From the NCBI RefSeq assembly GCF_006345805.1, contig NC_042999.1:173290001-173354000 (forward strand): a DNA stretch of 64,000 nucleotides, in the 5' to 3' direction. Within the stretch, counting starts at the first letter, position 1; each line of letters begins with the position of its first letter. Below are positions 38,134-51,050 of this stretch, one piece after another. The position numbers were made by a program, and so were the translations under genes. The notes under the pieces are model-generated. The model did no database searches and was not told where the DNA came from. It worked only from the letters and a program-made list of their open reading frames with translations. Source of the stretch: Octopus sinensis (taxonomy: Eukaryota).

Positions 38134-38256
38134 CATAGTCAGAACCAGCAGGTGTCGCTACTGACCGTCTGTTCGAAGATTTTATTTACCTTAAAAGAAA
38201 TATAAAATTACATGTCTGCTGATATCTGACTAGCAAGGTGAAGCGGCTAACTGTTA

Positions 38257-38257
<1 letters not shown>

Positions 38258-38290
<33 letters not shown>

Positions 38291-38312
38291 CTATACATAT
38301 ATATATATATAT

Positions 38313-38359
<47 letters not shown>

Positions 38360-38366
38360 TATATAC

Positions 38367-38424
<58 letters not shown>

Positions 38425-38450
38425 ATATATGTATATATACGTAGGCGAAT
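38258..38450. repeat. (TA)n-rich microsatellite
   Basis: Directly visible. Confidence 0.95.
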
Positions 38451-39128
38451 ACACACGCACGCACACACATACAACCATACATATGCATATATACATATAG
38501 AGATCCTTATACTGATGTGTGTTCTTGTAGTGCGTGAATGTGTGTGTATGTGTATGTGTGTGCGTATAGTTAGGAATACATATAAGGATATCTAAAATGA
38601 AGAGACACTTGACAATAAAATTAAGTTAAATATTGAAATGAATACGTAATATATTCTACATCTTTATTTATGGCAGCGTTATACTTAAAAGGAATATTAC
38701 ACATATTAACAGAATTGTCCAGATAACCGTAAAAACGTTTATTCCTAATGTTCACATCCTTAAGTACACACACACATGCATGCATGCATGTACACATACA
38801 TGCATGTATACATATGCATATGCGCACACACATATGCCTATGTATGTATGTGAGATGACAATATGAAATCATATACATACACACATGCCCTTGCACATAA
38901 GTACTGTTCACATATATTTCTTATAACTTTTTACATACGTAGATATACTCATGCATTTATGCATATCTGGATGTTTTCCATGTCTTCAAAGTTTGTATGC
39001 AGCTATTAAAACCGACATTAAAATTCAGATAAAACTGGTAAATGCAGTAATGTTTTAGTGTGGTCTGATAGAAAACTAATGCACAATCTGCCTTGGTTAT
39101 GCTTTCATATTGGCTACTACTACTACTA

Positions 39129-39160
<32 letters not shown>

Positions 39161-39427
39161 ATACTCAGTGTTTGTGATACTTTTAATATACGGTTAAGTC
39201 TTTGTTGTTGAGGCCCATCAAAATCTTTATCTTGTTATCATGCTATCAAAACTATTCAAACTGAGATGATGTCTACTGTTTTTAAACATAGTTTATCTTG
39301 GTCTACAATATGAATTATGACCTCTTTTTGTCTTTCCTTTTTTTCTTTTTACCGTTCTTTTCATATATGGTTAATCTTTGTGACTTGAAAGAGAGAGTGT
39401 GCTGCACTTTTAGACCGATTTCTAGGC

Positions 39428-39490
<63 letters not shown>
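39428..39490. repeat. (TAG)n microsatellite
   Basis: Directly visible. Confidence 0.97.
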
Positions 39491-39669
39491 ATGAGGGGGA
39501 GGAGGATTCGGAGGAGGAGAAAGAGGGGGTGGAGGCCAAGCCGACGAATTCTGCTGAAAAGATTTCGATGCGTGATCATTCTATCAGCTTTTTTCTTCAT
39601 AAATAGAACCCAATGTGCTCTTTAAGAAAAGTACGATTTTAATGTAATGTGGTCGCTTTTCCTCATTGT

Positions 39670-40571
39670 TGTCTCGATTCTTGAGGGAGCCCCACCCCAC
39701 CAAGTGTCACTTGCGCCTGAAACCAGGCCACATTAAAAAGAACTGTCCCCAGGACCAAAGTAAGGTCCTGGAACAGCTTGCTATGGAAGAATCCCCACCT
39801 CCTCTTTCGGAGTGAGAGATGGAGTCAATGGAGATCTCCCCGAAAAAAAGAGGAAAAAGGAAGAAGGTGGGAAACAATGGTTGCCCACCGAAGGACCCCA
39901 AGGTTGCGGGAGAGAGGGAAGATCCTCCGGTTAAAGCGGAGGAAACTACACCCTCCCGTAGCAAAGGGGAGAAAAAGAAGAAAAATGGGGCAGTGCCGAC
40001 TGTTAATACACTACCGGCATATTTCGAAGCCCCGTCGGTGGGTATTGTGCCACCAACGGTGGATGTTGAAGCCTCGACCCATGTGGAGGATGAATTTTCG
40101 GTATTCTTCCGTAGGGGAGATGCGGTTGGAAAGTTCACTAAAAAGTTTGCCAGGAGAGGAGACATAACCTGCATTAATGATCCTGGATGGCCTCCGCAGG
40201 TAGCTGTGGATGTCATTTCCGACACGGATCTTTTCACGGTAATAAACTCCCTCCCAGAAGATGTATTCCGCTTCCGTTTAAGGCGCCCTGACCTGGCACT
40301 ATCGGTGTGCTTAAGCGACGCTTTGAACTTGGTCGGGTGCCAGCGGGGCGGAAAATAGTAAAAATTAAGGGGCTGTGTGCCTCATACTGAAAGGGCATAT
40401 GGCCCATAAGAGAAAATGTAATAGGCCTGATGTCACATTTGTAAGGACATTGTGTCATTTTTGGTAAGAGGCTTAGTGCCTCATTGTAAGGACCTTGTGG
40501 CCAATGGAACAATAGTAAGAGGTTTATTACCTCAAATGTTGTGTTTGTAAAAGAACAATATTTTAGAGAAG
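39670..40571 (+). mobile_element. Second Tx1/L1-type gag-like ORF1 C-terminal fragment plus structured 3' region, no ORF2
   Basis: VSILEG...KCHLRLKPGHIKKNCP (CCHC knuckle with C>R), ORF 39819-40358, then about 210 bp ending AATATTTTAGAGAAG. Confidence 0.65.
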
Positions 40572-41602
40572 CAGCGACAAGCGGGCGTCGTCTGCCTTCC
40601 TTCATTAATACCTTTTTTTATCATTCATCTTACTAATGTTATTGTCCAGCCCGCAGCTACTACTTCTATGTAATGCCTTGATGGCAAATTGAATGAAATA
40701 ATGCAGATATTTTGTCATCTGTGTTTTCTATACATGTATGTTGATAACTATGATATTTTGTCGAATTTTATGTATCTTAGTGCTGCTGCTAAGAAAAATT
40801 AATTTAGTATGGGTTGTTCTGGAACCATGTTTCTAATTGAACGATGTAGCGTTGTCATACTTGTACACTTTTTCTCAAGAATATGGTAGAACATGTAGCT
40901 ATGATGTCATTCACGTATGAAATAGTTTCTATATTTTATGGAAGTGGTAAAGAAATTCATTATGCATAGATTAAAGTATGGATCAGATAACGTATGGTTG
41001 TCGTTCTACATTCGACAAATCTGAAATACTGGACACAACATTGTATACAATAAATCCTGTATATAAAATATAATGGAAGCTAGCATACTAACACGTAACT
41101 TGTATAGTTTCTAAACAAAGCGTTTAGTATTTTGCGTATAAGGGAATAATAGTAAATGGAACTGGAAGATTCTTCTGCTAGATGTGATGACTATTACGGT
41201 TTTGTTATTTTCTAAAAATCCATCGCGTATATTTGTTTAATGGCATTTAAGTGTAGTGGTCTAAATATATGCTAGAATATATTAGCTGCAAAGCATTAGT
41301 CTGTGAGATGCTGTTTTAGAGTGGCTTTTTTTTTTTAGGTAATTTCAATTCCCTGTTTCACAGATTCTGTGGATTTGGTAATGTTGGTAAGACTATTGGA
41401 ATGCTGCTGAGTGCAAGAATTTCTTCAGGCGCTAGTCAATTTATTTGTATCTTTAGAACACCATCAAGCTTCTGTGTATTTGCTTGATTTGCTAAAAATA
41501 ATTGCCATGTTTCTTCAAGCTGCAATAAAAATAGTAAAAGTTGTACAGGATAAACCGATATAAACCAAGACTAACATCAACAAGAAGAGCAGCAGCGGTG
41601 AC

Positions 41603-41635
<33 letters not shown>

Positions 41636-41809
41636 TTTTGTCGTTGCTGTAGTTGTGATATATCTCCAGGTGACCACAAACAAAGCAGGCCTATCATCGA
41701 TGACACTTGTCATAATTGTCTCTCAAATTATTGAATATACCGTCACATTTTTATAAGACGGTCGATTTAAGGAGGATTTAGCAACTATTTCTACTACTAC
41801 TAGCATTAT

Positions 41810-41947
<138 letters not shown>

Positions 41948-41993
41948 CAACAGCAGAACTGTTTATGAATTTGCATGCAAACGTAATTCTTAT

Positions 41994-42061
<68 letters not shown>

Positions 42062-42076
42062 ATATATATATATATA

Positions 42077-42343
42077 TTGGTAAAAACGGTAAGATATATA
42101 TTTATGAGTGTGCATATATATAAAACTACCACTCCAACCGTTACGTGGACAAGGGATCCAGATGATCCGATCAACAGGACAACCTACTTATGCAATAATT
42201 GTGCAAGTGGCTGAGCACTCCACAGGTATAAGTAACGTTAACTACGTGATATAAAGTATCTTGCTCGAGGAAAAACAGCGTCACTGGAATCTAACTCACG
42301 GCCTTAGGATCGTATACCGAATACACTAATCCCTAAGATGTGC

Positions 42344-42383
<40 letters not shown>

Positions 42384-42649
42384 TAAAAACGGTAAGATAT
42401 ATATTTATGAGTGTGCATATATATAAAACTACCACTCCAACCGTTACGTGGACAAGGGATCCAGATGATCCGATCAACAGGACAACCTACTTATGCAATA
42501 ATTGTGCAAGTGGCTGAGCACTCCACAGGTATAAGTAACGTTAACTACGTGATATAAAGTATCTTGCTCGAGGAAAAACAGCGTCACTGGAATCTAACTC
42601 ACGGCCTTAGGATCGTATACCGAATACACTAATCCCTAAGATGTGCATA
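42077..42649. repeat. Apparently identical ~270-bp tandem duplication (period 303) containing a degenerate family C SINE
   Basis: 42077-42346 matches 42380-42649 by eye; TA tracts at both junctions. Confidence 0.92.
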
Positions 42650-42654
42650 TATAT

Positions 42655-42890
42655 ATATATATATTCAGTGACGCTGGATAAACCGATAAAAACCTTCGCC
42701 ATGATAGATTGCTAGCCCCTACACATTCTTTATTTTCTCTCCTTGTTTCTGTCTGTGTTCCTTTCCGTGGAAGAGCATAGTAGGGTCGAAATCTTAAATA
42801 CTTTTTCACTTCCTGAGCCTTATACAAATACAACTGTTTGTTGTCTACACCACCTGTCTTCTTTTGTTTTTTTTTTGTGAATTCTCCATA
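42655..42890 (+). repeat. Probable Penelope-type terminal-repeat fragment with a heavily degenerate hammerhead-like motif (42762-42798)
   Basis: TTT CCGTGGA A GAGC ATAGTAG GGTC GAA ATCT T AAA has the same layout as 2617-2649 but the core is mutated. Confidence 0.4.
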
Positions 42891-42927
42891 TATATATATA
42901 TATATATAGTGTGTGTGTGTGTGTGTA

Positions 42928-42964
<37 letters not shown>

Positions 42965-44121
42965 ACTGTAAAAGATCAAAACAAACGTTAAGGCAAGGCA
43001 AACATCTCAAGTCATATGAGCTATGAATTACCGTTACCCATATCATCCGTGTAGCCATGAACTTCTAAAATTAGCAAAGATATCTTCTGTTTACATTGTT
43101 TTGAATAATCTGAAATCTACATATACGTATTTTATGCTTCAACTCAATTACACATTTATGGAGCAGTCGGCGCATTTTTTCCGGTTTTTTTTTCCCCTTT
43201 TTATGAATTATCTTCAATGTTAAATTTTCGAATGGTGTTTAACAAAATAGTTCAATGCACAATGTTTGCAAAAATCTTATATAGAAAATTACATTATAGC
43301 TAATTTTTTTTTTCTTTTCAGCTGCTTCTTAAAAATATTTTAACGAACAACACACTCGTTCAGACCGTGTTTCAGGTGTCGAAATCTAAGTACATCATCT
43401 TTTCTTCAACATGGCATTATTGACAAATTTTCAGTGTTCCTTTTGCCCTCATTGAAACATTGCCAATTCGACCACAGTTAAAGCAAACACTTTGTCACCG
43501 ATTACACTAGATAACCTGCAGCAATCGTTATCAGTCTTTCTTCTGGACCTTTTTTAACTACACAAACATAAATGAAACATCAAAACTGTCCGTAACATAA
43601 TTCACCTTTTCGGTTTTGTTTTCTTTCTGTGAAACGCCATAGAAATACTTTCATAAGAAAGTCTCAAAATTTCCTGGTTTTTTCCCCAGAGCTGCAGAAT
43701 AGAGAACAACTGATTATATGTTCGCTACACATAATATTTCGGCGTTCACACATCAAAGGAACACGAGGTAATTACATTATTTCCTTTCTCTTTCTATTCA
43801 TTAGTCAATTTTATGTTCCCTGCACAGCTCCTAAATTAACATTATTCCAACCACTCCCAGTGGAGAGAGAGAATAAAAGGATTCTCGTTCAAGTTAAAGG
43901 CTTAAAACGCCTATTTATTTCTCGCATGTTTTCGAAGGCTTTTCATTTTCTTCAATTTCATTTTCCGTTCATAATGAATGGATTCTTACCTAATCGGATG
44001 AGCACATGTATATTCAATTCTTCTGTCCGGCAAAATCTTCACATACACGAATTTTTTCTAAGTATTTCTTGGTTGTGTCCTTCATTACTTCTGGAATCGC
44101 AATATATGTAATCACAAAGCC

Positions 44122-44686
44122 GGCGAGCTGGAAGAAACGTTAGCACGCCGGGCGAAATGCTTAGCGGTATTTCGTCTGCCGTTACGTTGTGAGTTCAAAT
44201 TCCGCCGAGGTCGACTTTGCCTTTCATCCTTTTGGGGTCGATAAATTAAGCACCAGTTACGCACTGGGGTCGATGTAATCGACTTAATACCTATGTCTGT
44301 TCTTGTTTGTCTCCTCTGTGTTTAGCCCCTTGTGGGTAATAAAGAAATAGGTATTTCGTCTGCCGTTACGTTCTGAGTTCAAATTCCGCCAAGGTCGACT
44401 TTGCATCTCATCCGTTCGAGGTCGATAAATTAAGTACGAGTTACGCACCGGGGTCGATGTAATCGATTTAATCCGTTTGTCTGTCCTTGTTAGTCCCCTC
44501 TGTGGGTAGTAAAGAAATAGGTATTTCGTCTGTCTTTATGTTCTGAGTTCAAATTCTGCCGAGGTCGACATTGCCTTTCATCCTTTCGGGGTCGATAAAT
44601 TGAGTACCAGTTGTGTACTGACGTCGATCTTATTGAGTGGCCTCTCCCCAAAAGTTTCGGGATTTCTGCCTAGAGTAGGAAAAAAA
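44122..44686 (+). mobile_element. SINE family A trimer
   Basis: Head GGCGAGCTGGAAGAAACGTTAGCACGCCGGG; bodies start GTATTTCGTC at 44167, 44351 and 44521; the third unit has an alternative tail. Confidence 0.92.
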
Positions 44687-45089
44687 TATGTGTAACCACA
44701 AAACTTGAATGAACATTTTAATACTCATTCAAAGATCGTTTTTTCTTGTAATATATTAAGCGAGCTAAAATAAATATTAGCATCTTTAATTTCTTCTGAA
44801 TCCAGTTTGTCTTCATTTTGAGAAGAGATGTTTGTTTCAGCATAATATTTCTAAGATTTATTTACTATAATACCAAATCATGGCTTTGATAATCTCATGT
44901 CTGTTTATATTTTTTAACTATAGAAAATCATTTAAAGCATTCATACCTTTATAATGCAAGGAAACGATAGTCAGCGAATTCGAAATTTTACTGCGGAGTG
45001 GCATCCTTAGACGAGTTTGTCTCAATATTTTGCAAAGAAATGATTCGAGCAATCCTTCAATTAATTTAGTTCATTGTTTTACCTGACAG

Positions 45090-45213
45090 TATATATATAT
45101 ATGTGAGTGTGTGTATGTGCGTGTGTGTGTGTGTGTGCGTGCGTGTGTGCGTGTGTGTGTGTGTGCGTGCGTGTGTGCGTGTGTGTGTGTGTGTGCGTGC
45201 GCGTGTGTGTGTG

Positions 45214-45261
<48 letters not shown>

Positions 45262-45262
45262 C
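45090..45262. repeat. (TG)n/(TGCG)n microsatellite
   Basis: Directly visible. Confidence 0.97.
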
Positions 45263-45264
45263 GG

Positions 45265-45462
45265 TCAAACTGCGTAGCCGTATTTCGTCTGCCGTTATGT
45301 TCTGAGTTCAAATTCCGCCGAGGTCGACTTTGTCTTTCATCCTTTCGGGGTCGATAAATTAAGTACCAGTTACGCACTGGGGTCGATATGGTCGGTTTAA
45401 TCCGTCTGTCTGTCCTTGTTTGTCTCCTATGTGTTTAGCTCCTTGTGGGTCGTAAAGAAATA
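45265..45462 (+). mobile_element. SINE family A monomer, head truncated
   Basis: Body identical in layout to the trimer units; ends GTAAAGAAATA. Confidence 0.88.
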
Positions 45463-45880
45463 TGTTATATTGATTGATAAATATAGTTATATAAAAAAAA
45501 AATTCGGCACATGTTACAAATTATATTCTATGTTCTAAATAGAAAGAATGCCTTCATTGCATTTCATTTTTGATACATATCTCTGACAGAATGATGTATG
45601 GAGAAGAATAGTTTTGGAAAAAGCGACTCTCACAATACCTGGGTTTTGTGTGTGGTTTATCTTTTGTGTCAGAAAAGAGATATTTCAGATACTGCAGTAT
45701 TGTAAAATTTTCTCCTAGAACAATCAATATTGAATGGATCATCTAATTCACTATCACAAACGGATACACAGATTTCACCAATGTAGAACAGGTTTAGCAG
45801 ACTGATATATGAGCAGAATTGTCTATTCGTGTATGCAGTTATTCACTATTGCATAAACTTTCTATTACGTTTTATATATA

Positions 45881-45926
<46 letters not shown>

Positions 45927-46064
45927 TTATGCATGTATATATGTATAAAATCATATATATATATATATATATAGTGTGTTATCTATAAACACCAAATACG
46001 ATTGACGAAATATGTATACAGTCATGTGCTTGCGAGTTTGTTCGTGTGTGTGTGTGGCTAGGAC

Positions 46065-46316
46065 AAGATATCAAGAAACGAAAATGGCGATGGGTAGACC
46101 ACATGCTACGAAAGCCTGCACCAAATGTCACCAAGCAGGCCCTTGGCTGGAACCCACAGCGGAAGCAAAAAGCAGGCTAACCAAAACAGACTTGGTGCCG
46201 CAGTGTCGACTCAGACGTGAGGACAGCTGGAATGATGAGTGCCGAGCTGAAGAGGATCCCCCAGAACCGTGTTAGTTGGAAAAATGTTGTTGCGCTCCTA
46301 TGAGTCAAGAGGCCTA

Positions 46317-46325
<9 letters not shown>
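46065..46325 (+). mobile_element. RTE-clade LINE 3' end with (GA)n tail
   Basis: IKKRKWRWVDHMLRKPAPNVTKQALGWNPQ...QTWCRSV...QNRVSWKNVV. Confidence 0.85.
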
Positions 46326-46354
<29 letters not shown>

Positions 46355-46799
46355 CTAGAGCAATATTTCTCTTACGCTGAATCAATTTAGAACATTACTA
46401 ACTTTTTTAGCAACAATATGTATAAGAAGGAAGGCATGTAACACGGGCTTATCAAGGAAAATACACAACTTGGCTCCCCAAAGTAAGTCTTGTATAAAAT
46501 TATAAGATAATGCTTTGTGTTAATGGCTTAACTGAGAATATTATAAGTATGGTGAATCGATTATTAATTCCCTCAGTTCAGCGAAAATATATGTAAGATC
46601 TTTAATGAAATCAGTAAATAATGGAGACTTTTTTTTAAATACAGAGAATGAACATTGAACAATGAGAGTACATAGCTATATTGCCACAAACTATAGTCTC
46701 CATCGAATTATGATAATGAGCAAAGTACTAATAACAAATGGCTTTCTGAAGTAAGCCATCCTGATCACAAGATGTGTTTGGTTTTAAACATCTATGAAT

Positions 46800-46985
46800 G
46801 CTAAAATTGAAACGCATGAATAATATAACAAATGGAAAAGCAATATCTCTTGACAATATCTTCATGAATCATCTGAAACCTGAGGCAGAATATAGAAGCA
46901 AGATTTTTTTTTATCAACTGTCTTCTAACATAAAATATCTAAGGTTATATGGGAAAGCAAAGGTAACTTATGAAAAGATCAATCA
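46800..46985 (+). pseudogene. Highly degenerate LINE pre-RT fragment
   Basis: NGKAISLDNIF...YGKAKV resembles the GKA.G.D.I / W.KA.V motifs. Confidence 0.35.
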
Positions 46986-48778
46986 CAAACAGAAACCTGA
47001 GTTCTAGTGTCATACTTAAATTTACGAAACACCACACAAATATAATATAGAAAAACGTACATTCAACATCAACACAGATCTGTTGCGCAGTATATAGATA
47101 AGCCTTTCTTTTTTTCCGAGATAAAAACGAAAAAAACTGTATATAAGATTTTCTCAATGAGAAAACGACAGTCGCCCACATTTCTTTTCTAGGAAATTGT
47201 TCACGTAATTCTGACTTGGAACCAACTGATGCCCAGGAACTTAGAAAGGTAGTCTGGCATAATAATTTTAAGCACTTCAACCTAGAGAACAAAAGTGGAT
47301 TCCTGTATGAAAGAAATATTGAAAATGCACATTTTTACATCTCTCTCGAGTATGCAAAAAATGCAATAAACATCGTATTAGACCAGGTTAAGTCAAATTC
47401 ATAAAAATGCATCAATATCACAAAGACGCTCAATGATTTAGATATGACACCAATAACACTTAATTAAATCTCACTTAAGCGGCACCTGTAAGCTTCTATG
47501 TAGAAGAAATGTCAAGTATAGAATTTTTGACAGCTAAAAGAATGCCGCAACATCCGAAGTCTTCCTTTAGCTGTTCACGTACATCTCTAGTTTTGAAATC
47601 AAGAATCGTCCGCTCCAGTGTCAAAATAGCATGACAGATTATCAAACTCTTTTCACAGATTTGTCATCAATTCAAGCCATGAAATGAGACGCATATTGAA
47701 TATCCTGCCATATTCTAGCGGACGATAGCTTCTCAGAGCAACATAAGACATATAAACCTAACTGAACAGAAGATAATCGAAACTATAAGCCATTTCACAG
47801 AAAGATAAGGGCAGAACCGATAAAATTCCAGTGCTACACCTAAAATCTTATAAGTCTATTCTTTCTAATCTATTGCTAATAAATACGCTATTGGCGCTAC
47901 CTAAGTGCTGTACAACTACCAGAAATTTTAGACGAAATAATATTGAAAATACTACATAAAACAGCAGTAGAGCGCGGTCAATTATTCTGAACTTGTGCCA
48001 CATTCCAAAAGTTACGAATAATATTTCGCCATTTAGAGAGAGACAAGCTTTTTCACACATTATATAACTTCTGGTTTGGGAAAAAATTTACACCATAACC
48101 AAATTCTTTAGGGTCTCCGACTTGATTCAAGTAGTGCCTGTCTTTATTTCGCTTTCGTCAAAAATCTTTCACTAGACCAACGCTTATTTAATGAGTTGAG
48201 TTGAAAACATTGTGGCAGAACAATGTTGCATATGAAGTCTCCGCTTTCCGGAATGAAGAAACTGAAATGGTGCCACCCAACAGAATTTTATACGTAAACT
48301 CTGAATTAAAAAGTGACGTGCTCTAATGTACCCCTCTAGTACTCTTTCTGTTCCTCAGTCTTATCCGGCATATAGAAAAATGTACAGTCGATCACAATCA
48401 GCGGTCCTGCAGCCGAGACTGTAGTAGTAGTAGAAATTGAGACAAACAATGATACTTATGCTCTACCACGAGATCCAAGCGTCATATTATTGTGGTTAAA
48501 TAACAACATAGTGTTAACGCTACAAAATTTCATGTTTTATAGTACGTAAATCGATTTAAACAATATGCTGGTTCGTAAAATAGAGATAACTATTTGTAAA
48601 GAATTTGTCTCTAAAAATGTCTACAGCAAACATCGGTCTAAAAGCTCATTGGCTCGGTAATAGAAGGGCGGCATTCTAAAATCCCTTCTTTAGTCCTCAC
48701 AAAACGGATCTCCTAGTAGACTAGGACGTACTTATTAACTGCAGGGATAAAATTTCAAGAGTTATTTTTGCAAATGTA

Positions 48779-49037
48779 TTTTACTTGTTTCAGTCATTAG
48801 ACTGCAGCCATTGAAGAAGTTTAGTCAAATGAATGCAGTACATATTTTTTTGTAAAACCTATTACTTATTCCATCGGCCTCTTTTGCCGAGCCGCTAAGT
48901 TTCGAGGACGTACTCACAAGGCTTTGGTCGGTCCGAGACTATAGTAGAAGACACTCATCCAAGGTGTCACGCAGATGGTCTGAACCCCAAACCATGTGGT
49001 TGAAACGCAAACTTCTTATCACTCGGCCACGCCTGCT
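48779..49037 (-). mobile_element. SINE family B, internally deleted
   Basis: Reverse-complement tail CAGTCTAATGACTGAAACAAGTAA; GACCAAAGCCTTGTGAG core. Confidence 0.82.
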
Positions 49038-50360
49038 CAAATTTATGAAGCTATAGGAGTAAGTATATGTTTTTAAAATTATCGTTCTTTGTCTGCTTTT
49101 AAATTACAGATCAGATATTATTTATATTTATAATTTGATCAAATTCTAACAAAGTTCATGAAATTCCATCGTATTTATAGAATTCTGTTAAGATCGATCA
49201 AAATTATAAAATGGATTTTCAGAAATGTTTATTTTTTTAACCACCAATTAAAATACTTCATTTTATATTACTATATTATGTTACCTTTTTTGCCTCGGAA
49301 GCAACTGGTTTGCTTAATTTTACCAGCATTTTTACTTGTGAAAGGAAGCATTTTTTTGACAATATGCAAGAATTGCCTTAACCAAGATTCTATTACATGT
49401 TATCTTTCTGATGTCAGTTTCTTTACGAAGATCGTGTTTTATTCTATTACTAAATATCTACACATACACACATATTACCCAATAAGTAATAATTGTGCAA
49501 TAATTTATGTAATATTGTTCCAGTTATGTAAAAAAAACGTACAAATTCTACTTAAAATATAATACTGTAGATGTGTCAAATTAGAATATCTCCTTCAGGT
49601 ATTAAATTTGAAAGGCAGAAAACAGCATGTATCTAAAGCAGAATGACAAAGCTGACGCCAAAATATTAAACCCATTTCACACAACATCGTTATTGCTAAA
49701 GACTTAATTGGCGTTTTTACATATTTGGTCCAAACTGTCAATTATTGTATTTCATAAAATATTGGAAAACACTTTGTAGAAAAACTTACAATATGACAGT
49801 GACAAAATTATCGTTCATGCAGTTAAGCTAACGTTGATTTCATGCTGGGTATATTACAAACAAAGCTGCAAATATTTTCACTTTTCTGAAACGAACTAGT
49901 TAACGTTTCGCAAGGCTGAAATTACAGTTTATCGCATTTCTAACGAGGATAGGGACAAAGTATGTAAATCCTTTCATAACAACGTTAAGGTGCTATTAGG
50001 TTTTCAAATGATGTTTACAGCATTCCTAATATCCATTTGCATACAAATATATACACATATATCGGAGGTCATTTATCAATCCAATCCGAGTTAGTGGCAA
50101 GTAATAGACCTTTGTTCACATATCTGACCAATGGAATAGAAATTGGATTTACATTATTGTGGATGGAACTTATTAAGCATAGAATTATATGTCTATACTT
50201 TTCTACATGTGCTTCATGCAATACATATACTTAAAATTATTGCACAATTATTACTTGCTGAGTAGTTGATGTGTGTGTATGTGTGGAAATTAAGTAATAG
50301 AATAAAACATGATCTACGTAAAGAAAGAGAAATTTGACGATTCACGTTTCTAGTAGTATG

Positions 50361-50405
<45 letters not shown>

Positions 50406-50739
50406 AATGGAGTTAAATGTAGGTGTTAATTGTTAGCAATGGAAAAATACATACACATCTCTCTTTCTCTCTCTCTTTCTATATATATATATATATATAG
50501 ACAGAGAGAGAGAGAGAGAGAGAGAGACGGGGGTGGCATTAAAATATCCAAATGCGCTAACATTAAATATTGTAAATGTCTTTAGATAACTGGGATCGTG
50601 GATAGAACGCACAAAGAAAATCAGTGAAGTATGTATTGATTTGATATGGTCAGCTATAAAAAGATATCCAGAATAAAGAAAAGAAATCTGATCACCTTAA
50701 AATACAATGACTTAGAGTTCTATTGAAAGCGTATTAATA

Positions 50740-51050
50740 AAGAATTCCGATTACTGAACACTTACCAAGTCAACTGGTGAACAGGCTGAAGGGAACATAT
50801 AGCAAGATGTTAAAGAAAAGGTCATACGTCTCTTGGAAGCACAATTTACCAAAAGGCGTGATATAAGTAAATACAGGATCATATAATTTCTAAACTCACC
50901 ATCTATGCCGATGAGACTGCTGTTTGTTCACGTCTTAAGAAAACTTTCAGACTTGAGCAATGCATCTCTCTTGAGGGTGATCTTCACAGGGTACTGGCAG
51001 ACTGGTAATGTTTGATCCTGGCAAGACAAAGCTTTTGTAAATTATTCGTT
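50740..51050 (+). pseudogene. Degenerate LINE fragments (RTE-like C-terminal and RT-like motifs)
   Basis: NRLKGTYSKMLKK...VSWK and LTIYADET...LEGDL. Confidence 0.35.

Noticed and set aside
43629-44111. 160-aa plus-strand ORF
   Set aside because: Composition is typical of AT-rich non-coding DNA and no motif was recognised; only an internal exon-like segment is kept as a weak lead.
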